DNA of 63,454 nt, the filler included, from Octopus bimaculoides (lineage: Eukaryota): the NCBI RefSeq assembly GCF_001194135.2. It is 6 parts of 4 records of this genome, joined end to end, with 100 filler letters (N's around TTAATTAATTAA, not from the genome) between each part and the next. Parts side by side here need not be neighbours in the genome. Positions count along the whole stretch, not along the records: positions 61,421 to 63,454 come from NC_068991.1; 5 more parts are not named here. One strand, given 5' to 3'. Position numbers and translations under genes: made by a program. The notes beneath the pieces are model-generated. The model had not been told where the DNA came from, ran no database searches, and worked only from the letters and a program-made list of their open reading frames with translations. Positions 62,065 through 63,454 of this stretch are shown in pieces (positions within the stretch are counted from its first letter, which is position 1; each line of letters starts with the position of its first letter).

Positions 62065-62470
62065 TGGAGTGGCTGTGTAGTGAGAAGCTTCTTGCCCAAC
62101 CACTGTCTTCTACTATAATCACGGGTTGACAAAACCGTTGCGAGTGGATATGGTAGGCGGAAACTGAAAGAAGCATGTCGTATATATGAGCGTATGTGTG
62201 TGTGTTTGTGTGTATGTGTGTGTCTGAGTTTGTTCCCCCACCATCGCTTGACAATCGATGTTGGTGTGTTTACGTTTCCGTAACTTAGCTGTTCAACAAA
62301 AAAGTAGACTGATACAAAAAAAAAAAAAACTAAGGCTTACAAAGAATAAGTTCTGGGGTCGNNNNNNNNNNAAAACTAAGGCTTACAAAGAATAAGTTCT
62401 GGGGTCGATTTGTTCGATTAAAAGGCAGTGCTCCAGCATGGCCGCAGTCAAATGACAGAAACAAGCAAAA
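62065..62470 (+). mobile_element. SINE family A, interrupted by a small gap
   Basis: ggagtggctgtgtagtgagaagcttcttgcccaacc...ctccagcatggccgcagtcaaatgacagaaacaag. Confidence 0.8.
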
Positions 62471-62987
62471 GATTAACAGAATATATATATATACATATAT
62501 ACACACATACATACATCTATATATATGTGTGTGTATANNNNNNNNNNNNNNNNNNNNNNNNNNNNNNNNNNNNNNNNNNNNNNNNNNNNNNNNNNNNNNN
62601 NNNNNNNNNNNNNNNNNNNNNNNNNNNNNNNNNNNNNNNNNNNNNNNNNNNNNNNNNNNNNNNNNNNNNNNNNNNNNNNNNNNNNNNNNNNNNNNNNNNN
62701 NNNNNNNNNNNNNNNNNNNNNNNNNNNNNNNNNNNNNNNNNNNNNNNNNNNNNNNNNNNNNNNNNNNNNNNNNNNNNNNNNNNNNNNNNNNNNNNNNNNN
62801 NNNNNNNNNNNNNNNNNNNNNNNNNNNNNNNNNNNNNNNNNNNNNNNNNNNNNNNNNNNNNNNNNNNNNNNNNNNNNNNNNNNNNNNNNNNNNNNNNNNN
62901 NNNNNNNNNNNNNNNNNNNNNNNNNNNNNNNNNNNNNNNNNNNNNNNNNNNNNNNNNNNNNNNNNNNNNNNNNNNNNNNNNNNNNNN

Positions 62988-63028
<41 letters not shown>

Positions 63029-63417
63029 ATAATATCAATTTTATGATGTATATATTTATTTTATTTTGTTCACACTGACATTAAACATGTCTTCATATAA
63101 ATCAAAATCTTCTCAACCGGTTCACATTCTCAAAATATGCAACACCATTCATGCGTGAAAAAAAATGTGAAATTAAAGCTACAAAGTGGTGTGAGAGAGA
63201 AAGAGTAAGACAGAAAAGAGAGTAGGACAGAGGAGGAGAGTAGGCGGGGGAGAAGGAGAGAGGGTGAGGGAGACGGAGACAAACTGCATGTTTGAGCGTG
63301 TGAATGTCTTTGTGTGTGAGTATGTGTATATGTGTGCGTGCGTGTGTGTGTGTGTGTGTGTGCTTATGAGAGTGTATGGATGGATGTATATGTATATTTT
63401 TACTTATCAATTACATA

Positions 63418-63454
<37 letters not shown>

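Noticed and set aside
62315-62410. 36-bp direct repeat on either side of a 10-N gap
   Set aside because: Contig-overlap assembly artefact within a SINE.

Overview
Eukaryotic, AT-rich, microsatellite- and TE-saturated genomic DNA. The repeat families look like those I recall from Octopus, but that assignment is inferred and unverified. The window is six sequence blocks joined by artificial 100-bp N44-TTAATTAATTAA-N44 spacers, so order and orientation across blocks are uncertain. The only well-supported host gene is three phase-compatible, GT-AG exons on the + strand (10910-11068, 14695-14857, 18053-18156) that splice into 142 aa of a strongly divergent formin FH2 domain (C-terminal half); its other exons were not found. 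The rest is mostly tRNA-derived SINEs, 5'-truncated RTE, R4/Dong-like and CRE LINE ends, Penelope relics, mariner/piggyBac/hAT relics and MITEs, a solo LTR, a decayed Ty3/Gypsy provirus, and simple repeats. Most ORFs in the supplied track are microsatellite or N-gap artefacts. Best leads: the divergent formin with altered GNYMN and post-region Lys motifs; CpG-decay domains marking probable methylated gene bodies; an RLE LINE apparently targeting (CATA)n microsatellites; a 715-bp foldback; two pre-miRNA-like hairpins; and a degenerate minimal hammerhead ribozyme. No CRISPR array or rRNA was seen.
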